Shown one piece after another: positions 9,560-18,519 of a DNA stretch of 33,820 nt. A model generated the notes under the pieces. The model had not been told where the DNA came from. It did no database searches and saw nothing but the letters and a program-made list of their open reading frames with translations. Source of the DNA: a virus. Lineage: Duplodnaviria; Caudoviricetes. A program made the position numbers and the translations under genes. The DNA lies in IMG/VR virus record IMGVR_UViG_3300044475_000089, positions 1 through 33,820 of that record; one strand, given 5' to 3'. Each line of letters begins with the position of its first letter. Position 1 is the stretch's first letter.

Positions 9560-10060
9560 TTATGGGGTGACCGGTGCCGGCAGCAGCTCGAGGATGTCGG
9601 AGTTGATGCCGATCGAGATGTTGCGGCGAACCACGTTGTCGGCTGCGCCAGGCGCCACGGTGTTGTTCATCACCTTCCCGCGGAAGTAGAACGTAGTCGG
9701 GTTGATCACCGGGGTAGCATCCGGGTCGCCGTCGTTGAGGGTGATCTTGATGTTGTAATCGCCCTTGCTGCGGTCCTTGTGGGCAGTCTTGACCGCGTTC
9801 TGGCCTGCATCGCCGTTGTCGAGGCCAACGGTGACGGTCAGGTCGCCGGCATCTGCGGTTCCCTTGTACTTGCGCACCCGGCCATCCTTGAGCGAGGTGA
9901 AGTTCACGCTGCTGAAGGTGTCACCGAACTCGCCCAGGTCCTCGATCTCGCCAACTTCGACGTAGGTGTCGGCCTTGTACTCGGCTTCGGTGTCCGCGCC
10001 GGTCTTGCCGCCGATGAAGAAGCGGCAGCCGGCGGCTGTGTTGAGGTTGTCGTCGGCCAT
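9560..10060 (-). CDS. Major tail tube protein
   Basis: 166 aa, 'VGEIEDLGEFGD...FTSLKDGRVRKYKGTADAG...DAGQ' tube-protein motif; synteny; GC hairpin just downstream (about 9539-9556). Confidence 0.85.
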   Translation of the reverse strand: MADDNLNTAAGCRFFIGGKTGADTEAEYKADTYVEVGEIEDLGEFGDTFSSVNFTSLKDGRVRKYKGTADAGDLTVTVGLDNGDAGQNAVKTAHKDRSKGDYNIKITLNDGDPDATPVINPTTFYFRGKVMNNTVAPGAADNVVRRNISIGINSDILELLPAPVTP

Positions 10061-10115
10061 GAGGGTTCCTCCAAAGGCACATTGGATAAAAGCCGCGGCG
10101 CGGCCGGTGGATGAT

Positions 10116-10502
10116 TCAGTGGGTGGTGATCACGCGGATTGTGATCGAACCCTGGTAAGTTATGCCGTCGGCGTCGCGCTGGGCATCGGCCTGCTCGACC
10201 CGGACGGAAACAGCGCGGCCCACCTCCAGCGGTAGGCGGCGCTCGTCCAGGGCGGCGATAACCTCGCCGTTGATACGCTTGACCTCGGCCTGGCCCACGG
10301 CATCAGACCAGACAGACAGGTACAGCAGGCGCGTTTCGCGTTTTCGGCCAGAGATCGGGCTACTGTTGACCGAGACCTCTCGGTCGATCGACACGTACGG
10401 CATCGCCGCATTCAGCGGCGCACCGTCGTAGATCGGGCAGCTGACCTCGGCTTGAAGCCTGGCAAAGATCGCCTCCTGCAGGGCCAGCGATGGATCAGCC
10501 AT
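10116..10502 (-). CDS. Tail completion/terminator protein (DUF3168-like)
   Basis: 'MADPSLALQEAIFARL...IYDGAP...MPYVSI' motif; synteny. Confidence 0.85.
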   Translation of the reverse strand: MADPSLALQEAIFARLQAEVSCPIYDGAPLNAAMPYVSIDREVSVNSSPISGRKRETRLLYLSVWSDAVGQAEVKRINGEVIAALDERRLPLEVGRAVSVRVEQADAQRDADGITYQGSITIRVITTH

Positions 10503-11070
10503 TCCCTACCCCCTGGCTCGCCTTACGCAGCGTGCGCCGGACAGCTTCCTGAAGGTCGGCCATCACGTATTCGCGGTTGACGTCCAGCGACGGCCGCAGC
10601 CACGGATGAGCCGGCCTGGCGGGTATGTCCGGGTACTTGCCGAAGAAGTGCTGCCCATCCGACTTGTTCTTGGTATCACGCTGACGGAACGCATTGCGGC
10701 GCCCTTTCAGCTTCGACTTGTCTCGGTTGTTGGTGTGCACACCGCCAACCGCGTTGCGGTCAGCTCGCTGGTACATGCTGCCGGAATATCCCTTGGTGCC
10801 ATATTCGAGGAACCGCAGGTAGAAGAATCGCCGGTTGTCCCGCTTGCCCCTGATACCGACCTGGGCATCCAGGCCGCTGGGGGCGACGTAGACCCGCAGT
10901 GCCGCCGACGCAGCGCCAGTGTCCTTCGGGATCAGCTGCTGCTGAGTGGCCAGCACGCGCGCCGCCGCCTTGGCCATGGCCGGCTGCAGTTCGTTGTCCA
11001 TCGTCTTGTGTATGTTGCGCAGCGTCCGGCGCAGCCGGATATCGCCACGGATACTGGACCGGCGCGCCAT
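10495..11070 (-). CDS. HK97 gp10-family neck protein
   Basis: 'PKDTG', 'FYLRFLEYGTK' and 'PARPAHPWLRPS' motifs. Confidence 0.88.
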   Translation of the reverse strand: MARRSSIRGDIRLRRTLRNIHKTMDNELQPAMAKAAARVLATQQQLIPKDTGAASAALRVYVAPSGLDAQVGIRGKRDNRRFFYLRFLEYGTKGYSGSMYQRADRNAVGGVHTNNRDKSKLKGRRNAFRQRDTKNKSDGQHFFGKYPDIPARPAHPWLRPSLDVNREYVMADLQEAVRRTLRKASQGVGNG

Positions 11071-11073
11071 GGC

Positions 11074-11250
11074 CTACTCCTTGACCTGGGCGGCCTTCGC
11101 TGGCTTGTCGGGGGTGGTTTCGTCCTTGATTTCCACGGCGTAGCCGCGGGCAATCAGCCCTTCGCCATAGGCCTTTTCGACGACGAAGGTCTCGCCCTTC
11201 TCGCGCTCGCCAGAGGCGCCGGTCAGTGGCCCCAGTGCTTGAATTTTCAT
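11074..11250 (-). CDS. Small virion-region protein (58 aa)
   Basis: Read by hand: GAGG RBS, MKIQALGPLTGASGEREKGETFVVEKAYGEGLIARGYAVEIKDETTPDKPAKAAQVKE*; fills the gap between the head closure and gp10 genes; below the ORF-track cut-off. Confidence 0.8.
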   Translation of the reverse strand: MKIQALGPLTGASGEREKGETFVVEKAYGEGLIARGYAVEIKDETTPDKPAKAAQVKE

Positions 11251-11258
11251 GGTTCACC

Positions 11259-11585
11259 TCATGGATTGGGGACGCTGGAGCACAGCAGCCGCAGCATGTC
11301 CCGTTCGTTGTTGAGCAACGGCGCCTCGACCCGATAAGTCATGCCCGTGCGTTTCTCGGTCAGTCGCCAGCCAGCGACGATGTCCGAGCGCGGCCGGATG
11401 CGGATCTCGGCGCTGATCACCGCCTGCAACTGCTCAGCGACGGGCGAAACCCTGCCGGTCGGAGTGGTGACCTCAGCCCAAACCTCACCCACCTCCAGCC
11501 AGGTTTCAGTGGCGCCGCCGGAGCGGTTCTGCTCGCGGTGGGGCTTGAAGATCCGACAGCGGTGACGCATGGGTCCGGCTTTCAT
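11259..11585 (-). CDS. Head closure protein (SPP1 gp16-like head-tail adaptor)
   Basis: 'MKAGPMRHRCRI...W...EVWAEV' motif; synteny. Confidence 0.88.
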   Translation of the reverse strand: MKAGPMRHRCRIFKPHREQNRSGGATETWLEVGEVWAEVTTPTGRVSPVAEQLQAVISAEIRIRPRSDIVAGWRLTEKRTGMTYRVEAPLLNNERDMLRLLCSSVPNP

Positions 11586-11887
11586 CAGAATCGCTTCCTG
11601 TACCAGAGCAGCCTTTCAACGGCCAGCGGCATGGCCGTGGCGATGGTGCCCACGGCAACGGCCTCGCGGTTGGCGTACCAGTGGCCTACCAGCAGCAGGA
11701 CCGCCTGCTCGACATCGCCGGTCAGCCCCATCTCCTCGGGCTCAACTGGGTCGGTCTCGACCAGCTTTCGGTCGCAGTGCTGCTCGACATGGGCCTTGGC
11801 CGCTGCGACGTAGCCGCTGATCAAGGCGTCTTCCTCGTCGCCGTCGACCCGCAGGTGCATCTTCACGGTGGCCAGGTCGATCATCAC
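11585..11887 (-). CDS. Head-tail connector protein (HK97 gp6-like)
   Basis: 'VKMHLRVDGDEEDALI' and 'QAVLLLVGHWYANRE' motifs. Confidence 0.92.
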   Translation of the reverse strand: MMIDLATVKMHLRVDGDEEDALISGYVAAAKAHVEQHCDRKLVETDPVEPEEMGLTGDVEQAVLLLVGHWYANREAVAVGTIATAMPLAVERLLWYRKRF

Positions 11888-12102
11888 TTGCTCTCTTTCG
11901 GCGCGGTAGGCTTGGTTTCCTTAGGTTTCACCGCCTTCGCCTTACCGTCGCCATCGACTTCTTCGGCTAACCCCTTGCCGATCAAGGCGTGAGCGTATTC
12001 GTCATCAGCCTCATCGAAGGTTTCACCGGCCTTGACCTTGTTCGAAGTTCCGCCCAACAGCGCCCCGTTGCCGACGAAGCCCCACAGAATCTTGATTTTC
12101 AT
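11884..12102 (-). CDS. Small protein downstream of the capsid gene
   Basis: 72 aa, GGAGG RBS, Lys/Pro-rich tail; resembles 11074..11250. Confidence 0.75.
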   Translation of the reverse strand: MKIKILWGFVGNGALLGGTSNKVKAGETFDEADDEYAHALIGKGLAEEVDGDGKAKAVKPKETKPTAPKESK

Positions 12103-12151
12103 GCTGCCTCCAGAAATGAAGAGGCCGGCGATATGCCGGCCTTCGGTGGGG

Positions 12152-13348
12152 TTAGGCGGTCGGGAAGCGCCCTTTCACCAAGGCTTCCTTACGGCGCACG
12201 CCAAGGCCCAGGCGCTCCTCGACCAGCAGAGCACGTTCGTTCTTGATGAACTGATCGTTGATCAAGCCCATCTTGAACAGGAACGACATGCGGTCGAACA
12301 GCGTGGTGGAACGGGCGAAGTTGGCGGTCAGGAACTCGCCACCGTTGGTGCCGTCGCCCTCGTCCATGCTGTCCGAGGTGATCACGGGGCGACCCCAGAG
12401 GATTGGAGTGACCAGACCTTGCAGGTTAGCGAACAGGTAACGGTTCTCGCCGTCCTTCTGCAGCTCGATATTCATCCAGTCCAGTTCGGTCATCACCACG
12501 CCATCAGCCGACATCTGCGACTGCTTGCGCACCTGATATATGGATCGGCGGACCAGGTCGATGGCGGTGTCACTGGCCTTGCTGAGGGCAGTGTTGTAGT
12601 TGGTGGCCTGGGTCATCAGGCCATTGAGGTTCTCACCGGTACCGTCGCCCTTGAGGATCTGAGCCTCCTCCTCGAGCTTGAGGTCGTAGCGCAGCAGCTG
12701 CTGGAGATATGCGAACAGCTGCGGGACGTCGTCCAGCGCTTCATCGGTGACCGGCATCCAGACCGCGATCTTCTTCACGCGATCGGTCTCGGTGGTGAAG
12801 GTCACGTTGCTGGTTGGTTTCAGCCCGCCCTCGGCGACCGGCGCGGCGCCGCGGGTGTGCAGGTTCTCGCGGAAGTAGGTGTAGTTCTGCCCCGCTACGG
12901 GCACAGCGGTCAGCAGATCACGGATGCGCAGCTCCTGACGGATGCCGGGTTGAATTACCGGGTCATACTGCGGAACGACGATGCCGGCGCTGGTGACCTT
13001 CATTTCCTTCATGCTGGCCATGTCGGACTTGGTCACATCGAGTTCAGCCAGAGCCCCGCCTTTCTTCAGCGACTTGTAGCCTTCATCGCCCTGGATGAGG
13101 TCGATAAAGCTCTTGCCCTCGCCTGGCTGGCCACGCAACTTGACGCCTTTCTGCTCCAGATCGACCACCTGGTCGATGACCTTCTGCAGCTCGCCCTTCT
13201 GGTCTTCGATCTGCTTCTTGAGATCACCGGCGACCTGGCTGCCCTTCTCGATCTCGCTCATGGCTTGATCGTACTTGGTCTGTAGGCCGTCGAAACCTTT
13301 CTTCAGCTGGAGCTCCAGGGAGTCCTTCAGTTCTTTTACTTCGCTCAT
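12152..13348 (-). CDS. Major capsid protein, HK97 fold, with N-terminal delta (scaffold) domain
   Basis: 398 aa; coiled-coil N-terminus; 'VAEGGLKP', 'QILKGDGTGENLNGL', 'KDGENRYL' and 'EERLGL' motifs. Confidence 0.96.
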   Translation of the reverse strand: MSEVKELKDSLELQLKKGFDGLQTKYDQAMSEIEKGSQVAGDLKKQIEDQKGELQKVIDQVVDLEQKGVKLRGQPGEGKSFIDLIQGDEGYKSLKKGGALAELDVTKSDMASMKEMKVTSAGIVVPQYDPVIQPGIRQELRIRDLLTAVPVAGQNYTYFRENLHTRGAAPVAEGGLKPTSNVTFTTETDRVKKIAVWMPVTDEALDDVPQLFAYLQQLLRYDLKLEEEAQILKGDGTGENLNGLMTQATNYNTALSKASDTAIDLVRRSIYQVRKQSQMSADGVVMTELDWMNIELQKDGENRYLFANLQGLVTPILWGRPVITSDSMDEGDGTNGGEFLTANFARSTTLFDRMSFLFKMGLINDQFIKNERALLVEERLGLGVRRKEALVKGRFPTA

Positions 13349-13986
13349 GGTGCTACTCCAAAATGGTGGGTGAACAGGGTGGAAATATCTTTCAGCTCAT
13401 CCACGATCGCCGTGGCCTCGCTCCCGCCATCACGGCGTAGCGCGGTGTAGCCGAGCGAAGCGACTGCCGCCGCTTCCTTCTGCGAGAGGCCCATGCGTTC
13501 GCGCAGGGCCTTCTCGAAAAGCCTGATGTCCGACTTGACGCTGAGAACCTGGGCCTCCGGGTTCATGCCGAACGGTACGAAGGACGCCTCCCAGAGTTCG
13601 GCCTCCTTGATGAGGCGCACGCGCCGGCCGGCGCGGTCCTCGAAATCTGCCTTGATGGTGTTGAAGCCGATCGACATGCTGTCGAGGATGTCGGCCTTCA
13701 TGAGCTCGTAGGCGTCGCGGGCGTAGCTGACATTGAGGTTGACCTGGCCCTTCAGCAGCAGGCCGTGGTCGTCTTGGGTGTAGTCGGCGGCCCCCACCAG
13801 ACGGGTCAGGTCGTGGTACAGGGCCAGCTTCAATTTGCCGTTGCGGGTGGCCTTCACCCGGGTAAAGGCACCGGGCATGATTACGTCGTCGCCCAGGTCG
13901 ACGTTGTTGAACACCGCGGCGTAGCCTTCGAAGTTGCCGGCTTCGTCTACGGCCTTGAGTTCGAACGGGACTTCAAGGTTCGCCAT
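13345..13986 (-). CDS. HK97-family prohead protease
   Basis: 'FEGYAAVFNNVDLGDDVIMPGAF', catalytic His region 'LYHD', 'SMSIGF', 'LWEASFVPFGMN'. Confidence 0.95.
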   Translation of the reverse strand: MANLEVPFELKAVDEAGNFEGYAAVFNNVDLGDDVIMPGAFTRVKATRNGKLKLALYHDLTRLVGAADYTQDDHGLLLKGQVNLNVSYARDAYELMKADILDSMSIGFNTIKADFEDRAGRRVRLIKEAELWEASFVPFGMNPEAQVLSVKSDIRLFEKALRERMGLSQKEAAAVASLGYTALRRDGGSEATAIVDELKDISTLFTHHFGVAP

Positions 13987-15187
13987 TGGTTTGCATCTCC
14001 CACCGGGTGACCCGGTTGTATTCGTCGCCTTCCAGGGGAGGCAGGTTTTCCTTGGCGCGGACTTCGTTAATGCTCATCCAGCCAGAACCGCCGGAGCCGC
14101 CCAGTGCGCTGCCGTAGTACGTGGCCCTTCCAGCACTATCGGCCCGCAGCAGCCCCTCGACGGCGAACTCTGCGAACCGCGAATAGGCCGTGAAAATCTT
14201 GTCGTTGAATTCGTCCTCCACCGCATCGATGAAGGGCTTGAGGCCGAAGGTGATGTAGCCCGTGAGCTGCTGCTCGAGGTTGGAGCCCATGATGGAGGTC
14301 TTGCCGGCGCGATTGGCCAGCCACAGCGGCACACCGTAGATGCCCGCCAGGGCTTCTTCCTGGAATTGCTGCGACTCGATGAACTGCGCATCCTTCTGGG
14401 TGATGCCCGCCGGCACGATCTTGGGGTTGCCCTGCAGAATGGCCATCTTGCCGATATCGTCGGCGTCGGCCTTGCGCACATCGGGGAATTTCTCCATCAC
14501 CTGGGCCTGCTGGGCCTTGGTGAGGAACTGTTCGTAGATGACATAGCCGCCGGTGAAGCCGCCCTTGCGCATGAAGCGCGCTGACCACTGCTGGCCGGCC
14601 TTGGCCAGCCCCATGGTTTCGGCCTGGTGCTCAATAGGCGAAAGACCGACGATGCCGTCCAGACTGAACAGCTTGAAGTGCAGCATGTTCTCCGGTGATA
14701 CGGGGAACGGCTTCCCCTCGCTGGGGGTGACCAGATAGAGCAGGTCCTCGTCCGTGTCGATGGTGACCGTCTTGCCATCCAGAGGAACCAGGCCAACAAC
14801 GTCGCCGTTTCTGTTGCGCTCGATCAGGGCGAAGGCATTGCCGCGCAGCGCCATGTTCACGACCACGAACTTGAGAAAGTTCAGCATCGTCATGTAGGGG
14901 TTGGGCTTGCGCAGCAGCTTCGCGTATCGGTCAGTGCTCCCGACCATTGCGCGCTTGCCGCCGGTGTCTTCATATAGTTTGAACGGCAGGCCGCTCAGCG
15001 ACTCGGAGAGGATCTTGACGCAGGACCAAATCATGCTGACGGAAAGTGCAGTCTTGGCGGTGACGCGCACCCCCGCCTTGGTGCGCTTGCCGCCGACCTC
15101 AAGGTCAACCTCGACGTAGTCGCCCGTGGTCGGATCGGTGTAGCCGAAGAATCCCCAGGTCGAGGGGTTGTACCATTTGAATGCCAT
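13973..15187 (-). CDS. Portal protein (HK97 family)
   Basis: 'LLRKPNPYMT', 'LRGNAF', 'GLSPI', 'DAQFIE' and 'INEVRAKENLPP' motifs. Confidence 0.96.
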   Translation of the reverse strand: MAFKWYNPSTWGFFGYTDPTTGDYVEVDLEVGGKRTKAGVRVTAKTALSVSMIWSCVKILSESLSGLPFKLYEDTGGKRAMVGSTDRYAKLLRKPNPYMTMLNFLKFVVVNMALRGNAFALIERNRNGDVVGLVPLDGKTVTIDTDEDLLYLVTPSEGKPFPVSPENMLHFKLFSLDGIVGLSPIEHQAETMGLAKAGQQWSARFMRKGGFTGGYVIYEQFLTKAQQAQVMEKFPDVRKADADDIGKMAILQGNPKIVPAGITQKDAQFIESQQFQEEALAGIYGVPLWLANRAGKTSIMGSNLEQQLTGYITFGLKPFIDAVEDEFNDKIFTAYSRFAEFAVEGLLRADSAGRATYYGSALGGSGGSGWMSINEVRAKENLPPLEGDEYNRVTRWEMQTNGEP

Positions 15188-15189
15188 GG

Positions 15190-16869
15190 TCAGCCTACTA
15201 ATCCGAAAAAGCCGTGGTTGAGGTAGTCGTCGAGACCGCCGCGGGCCTCGGGATTGAGGGCCATCAGCGACACGGCGTTGAAGGTCGCCATGAGCGGGTC
15301 AATTTTTGCGGTTCCCGATGCTTGCTTAGTGATCAGGAAGGCGTTGGCCGAGGGCACACCTTTGGCGTTGCCGCACGACCAGGCCATGAGCGGCTGTCCA
15401 CAGTGGATGAACGAGCCCTCTGCGAGCCGGCGCTCGGTCGTCTTGATCGCGCCGGTGAGCTTCCAACCCTGCGAGATGCCGACCACCTGCTCTTCATCTA
15501 TCTCGACATCAGCCAGCGCATCCAGCACGGCACCGATGCCGGCGGGGTCAAGTCCGACCTTGTCGAGTAATCCCGCCTGGTTGATCCGCGAAACGATGGC
15601 CGCCAGCTGATCAACGTCGTCGCCGATCTTCTCGACGATGGTCAAGTCACCGGTCGCCTCCAAGTCTCTGAGCCTGGGAGCTTCTGACTTGCGGCGTTCA
15701 AGTACCGAGGGGTGAGCCCAAGCGTGCGCCCAGTGCAACCAGGTGCGGGATTCTCGAACCCGGCCAATCACCGCGAGTCCGAGCAAGTCGTCCAGACCGC
15801 CGCCGTCGACACCAGCCACTATCACCTCGCACTGCTCGAGCAAGTCGTCCAGCGTCATGCCTTCCTTGGCCTGGGGCTCCCAGAAAGCGGCACCGACCCA
15901 GCTGTCGGACATCAGAGCAAGACCGATCTCGATGTTGAGGTGCTTGGCCAGGAAGCCGCGCATCTCCGCCTCGCCATCGATCTCGGCCTGCATGTGCAGG
16001 CGCTCCAGCGTGGGCCGGTCAACGGAGTAGTTGATGTTCGGGTTGACCAGGTGGAAGTTTTCAGGCTTCCGGGCCTCACCGCTCTTGATCATCTCCTGTG
16101 AGAACTCGTAGATGATCGGGAGGAAGCGGTTGTCGTCGATGCGACCATCCCGTACGCCGCGGGCATAGTTCAGCTTCGACCTGAACACGCCAGCCGGCGG
16201 TTCGTTCGATTGCGTGGTCAGCCAGATGATGAAGCCTTCCGGACGAGACAGCAGACCGCCCGTGGCCTCGCGGATCATGTCCGCAGCCTTGGGATTCTTG
16301 CCGAACAGCCAGGCTTCATCGATGAGCACGCCGACGGCTTTCTTGCCGCCAACCACATCGCTGTCCGCCGCCACCACCTTCAACGTGGCTCCCGTCTCGC
16401 GATGGGTGATCAGCCGCAGATGCGGCTGCACATGCAGCAGGGCTTTCAGCTCCTCATCGTTGTTGACCATGTCCTTGGCCGGGATGAACGAGTTGTCGGC
16501 GATTTCCTTGGTCGGGGCCAGGATGATGAACTCTGCTGAGAGTCGCCAGTTTCGGATCAGCGCGGTCAGCATGATGCCGGCGGCGATCGTCGATTTACTG
16601 TTCTTCTTCGGGATGCACAACATCACTTCCCGGATCAGGCGCTCGCCGGTTTCGCTGTTGTAGCTCCCGAACACCGCGCCGGCGAAGGCCAACACCCAGG
16701 GCGCACATGACGCCTCAATCGTGGGGCTGCCAGGTGCGTCGACAATCTTCAGCCCCTTGAACACCTCAAGGCTGGCTTCCGCTTCATCCGGAAACAGTGG
16801 CTCCGGGATGATTGACTCCCCGGCAGCCAATAGCCGCCACCAGTCCGGGCAGGCAGTAGTCCATTGCAT
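15190..16869 (-). CDS. terL: Terminase large subunit
   Basis: 559 aa; Walker A variant 'IPKKNSKST', Walker B 'VLIDE', nuclease motifs 'GVDGGGLDDL' and 'KIDP'. Confidence 0.95.
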   Translation of the reverse strand: MQWTTACPDWWRLLAAGESIIPEPLFPDEAEASLEVFKGLKIVDAPGSPTIEASCAPWVLAFAGAVFGSYNSETGERLIREVMLCIPKKNSKSTIAAGIMLTALIRNWRLSAEFIILAPTKEIADNSFIPAKDMVNNDEELKALLHVQPHLRLITHRETGATLKVVAADSDVVGGKKAVGVLIDEAWLFGKNPKAADMIREATGGLLSRPEGFIIWLTTQSNEPPAGVFRSKLNYARGVRDGRIDDNRFLPIIYEFSQEMIKSGEARKPENFHLVNPNINYSVDRPTLERLHMQAEIDGEAEMRGFLAKHLNIEIGLALMSDSWVGAAFWEPQAKEGMTLDDLLEQCEVIVAGVDGGGLDDLLGLAVIGRVRESRTWLHWAHAWAHPSVLERRKSEAPRLRDLEATGDLTIVEKIGDDVDQLAAIVSRINQAGLLDKVGLDPAGIGAVLDALADVEIDEEQVVGISQGWKLTGAIKTTERRLAEGSFIHCGQPLMAWSCGNAKGVPSANAFLITKQASGTAKIDPLMATFNAVSLMALNPEARGGLDDYLNHGFFGLVG

Positions 16870-16872
16870 GAC

Positions 16873-17364
16873 TTACCCCTTGACCATACTGAGGGACGGC
16901 TTGCCGGGGGGCGGCTTGCCCTGTGAGTACTTGCCTTTGCCTGCTTCTTTGGCGGCTTCGGCCTTCTGCTCTTTCTTGCCCTGATCAGCGACCTTGCCGT
17001 GCGCGTACGGCATCAGCGTTTTGGCTGCCTCCAAGCGCATGCGCATATCCGCCCCATTTGCGTTCATGAGCTCGGTAAGGAACACACGCGGGTCATCTGT
17101 GTGGGTGAGCGCGACCTCGGCCTGCTCCGCCTCCGCGACATCCTCACCTTTAACCTTTCGCCCAGGTTTAACCTCAGAGCTGGTAGCCTGTTTCTGCTTG
17201 AGGCGACGACCGACTTCGGTCAGCACATCCTCATCCTTGGCCAGCTTGGAGCCCGCTTGTGACGCGGTTTTCTCTGAATATCCAGCAGCGATCGCTGCTT
17301 CGCGATTTGTGGCCCCCGACAGCAAAGCGTCAACAAACCGCCGCTTCTTGTCGGTTAAAGCCAT
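16873..17364 (-). CDS. terS: Terminase small subunit
   Basis: Start re-called at ATG 17364 (AGGA RBS); HTH 'LTDKKRRFVDALLSGATNREAAIAAGYSEKTA'. Confidence 0.9.
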   Translation of the reverse strand: MALTDKKRRFVDALLSGATNREAAIAAGYSEKTASQAGSKLAKDEDVLTEVGRRLKQKQATSSEVKPGRKVKGEDVAEAEQAEVALTHTDDPRVFLTELMNANGADMRMRLEAAKTLMPYAHGKVADQGKKEQKAEAAKEAGKGKYSQGKPPPGKPSLSMVKG

Positions 17365-17374
17365 GGTTAACTTT

Positions 17375-17465
17375 TCCTGAAACGGGAAAAAATGTGTACG
17401 TGGGGTCGGAGGCGGTCTAGCTAGATGCGAATCGCTATATTTTGACCTCCCCCCACCATCGCGGC
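17375..17465. other. Candidate cos / packaging-initiation region
   Basis: Non-coding gap between HNH and terS containing G6 and T6 runs (minus strand) and the palindrome TCTAGCTAGA; HK97-type phages with an HNH-terS arrangement carry cos here. The exact cut site cannot be determined. Confidence 0.5.
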
Positions 17466-17522
17466 ACGCCACTGACGTGCCTCGAAGGTGCATCGGGCGA
17501 CCGCGCGCCATTCCGCTGACGG

Positions 17523-17861
17523 TCAGCCCATCAGGCCAGCAGCCTCCTCGGCTTGCTTGACCGAGTCGTGGCAGGGCTTGCACAGCGACTGCCAGTTCGC
17601 CTGATTCCAGAACAGATCCTGGTCGCCGCGATGCGCAACGATGTGGTCAACGATGTTGGCAGCAGTTGTTCGGCCTTGCCGAGCGCAGTAGACGCACAGC
17701 GGGTTATCGCGCAGGTACTGCTCTCGCGCCTTCTGCCATCGGTAGTCGTAGCCGCGCTGAGAGCTGGTCATTCCGCTCCGCCAGCTGCCAGGGCTCACCA
17801 CCTTGACCCGACTACCAGCGCTCTCCTTGATGCGAGAGCCGAGCGTCTTGAGCCTGGCCAT
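17523..17861 (-). CDS. HNH endonuclease (HK97 gp74-like terminase cofactor)
   Basis: 'PLCVYC...VDHIVAH...NWQSLCKPCHDS'; adjacent to terS. Confidence 0.93.
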   Translation of the reverse strand: MARLKTLGSRIKESAGSRVKVVSPGSWRSGMTSSQRGYDYRWQKAREQYLRDNPLCVYCARQGRTTAANIVDHIVAHRGDQDLFWNQANWQSLCKPCHDSVKQAEEAAGLMG

Positions 17862-18184
17862 CAGCCTTCCACCTTCTTGCTCATGAACCGGTCGGAGTAC
17901 TCACGCAGCTTCTCCACGCCAATGAATCCAACCAGGCAACCGGCGAAGACAGAAAGGTTGGGAGGAAGCGCGAAGTACTCCAGCACTGGCAGCAGACTGA
18001 TGGCGATCAGCCCGCAGATCGTGCCCTCGAGGGCGATCTTACGACCGCGGCCTCCGCCGTAGATGACACGACACATAGCCACGGCGGCAGCCATCCCACC
18101 GGTGTACAGCTGAGGCTGGTGAGCCAGCACCCATGCGAGCACAGCGGCCCACAGGCCAGGATCCTTCTCGGGCATGTTTGGCAT
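17861..18184 (-). CDS. Holin, lambda S family
   Basis: Start re-called at 18184 (GGAGG RBS); 107 aa, MPNMPEK..., three hydrophobic segments, 'IYGGG' and 'GFIGVEKLR', resembling lambda S (MKMPEK...YNGG...GYIGTDSIG). Confidence 0.9.
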   Translation of the reverse strand: MPNMPEKDPGLWAAVLAWVLAHQPQLYTGGMAAAVAMCRVIYGGGRGRKIALEGTICGLIAISLLPVLEYFALPPNLSVFAGCLVGFIGVEKLREYSDRFMSKKVEG

Positions 18185-18217
18185 CTCGTTTCCTCCCGTT
18201 GCGGGGAGTGGAAAATG

Positions 18218-18241
18218 AAAAAGCCCGCTCAAGGCGGGCTT
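18218..18241 (-). terminator. Intrinsic terminator after the DUF2513-like moron
   Basis: Minus strand AAGCCCGC-CTTGA-GCGGGCTT followed by TTT. Confidence 0.75.
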
Positions 18242-18261
18242 CAAATTAGTCTGTGTCGGGG

Positions 18262-18519
18262 CTATCGCAGCTGATCTATCAGGTTGTGACCTGCCCAGGT
18301 CAATCCGTGCACATTGCCAGTTTTGGACTCGCCGTCCACAAAGCCACTGTCAACGAGCAAAGCGAAGTGCCTAAACATCAGATCTCCCTTCTCTTCGGTG
18401 CCCTTCACAACTTTATACGTATCGAAATACTCAGGGTACATCGGGTAGATGTTGGATGACCCATTAAGCCCTTCGATTCTTTCTAAGATGTCCCGTACCA
18501 GCTCCATATCGCGGCGCAT
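18262..18519 (-). CDS. DUF2513-like winged-helix protein (moron)
   Basis: 'MRRDMELVRDILERIE...HFALLVDSGFV...LTWAGHNLIDQLR' matches the DUF2513 pattern; AT-rich; bounded by two terminators. Confidence 0.8.
   Translation of the reverse strand: MRRDMELVRDILERIEGLNGSSNIYPMYPEYFDTYKVVKGTEEKGDLMFRHFALLVDSGFVDGESKTGNVHGLTWAGHNLIDQLR

Noticed and set aside
12121-12144. Hairpin GCCGGC-GATAT-GCCGGC after the capsid gene as a third copy of the linker repeat
   Set aside because: It shares only the GATAT loop and a GC stem and lacks the TTACT and AAGGA flanks; it is better explained as a post-capsid terminator or stabiliser.
12032-13285. 417-aa plus-strand ORF, and similar long ORFs at 19849..21033, 1695..2573 and 26101..27174
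   Set aside because: Antisense shadows of well-supported genes (capsid, recombinase, tail tip, early genes), expected in high-GC coding DNA; no RBS or motifs.
15190-16869. TerL Walker A 'PKKNSKS' as an inactivating mutation
   Set aside because: The rest of the ATPase and nuclease motifs are intact, and I recognise this as a natural variant in this terminase subfamily.
17365-17583. N-terminal extensions given by the ORF track (terS, also holin, cro, cI, 3680..4234, 19702..21072 and 29978..30775)
   Set aside because: Downstream ATGs have better RBS or stop-start coupling, and the family motifs begin there; the extensions overlap regulatory DNA or other genes.
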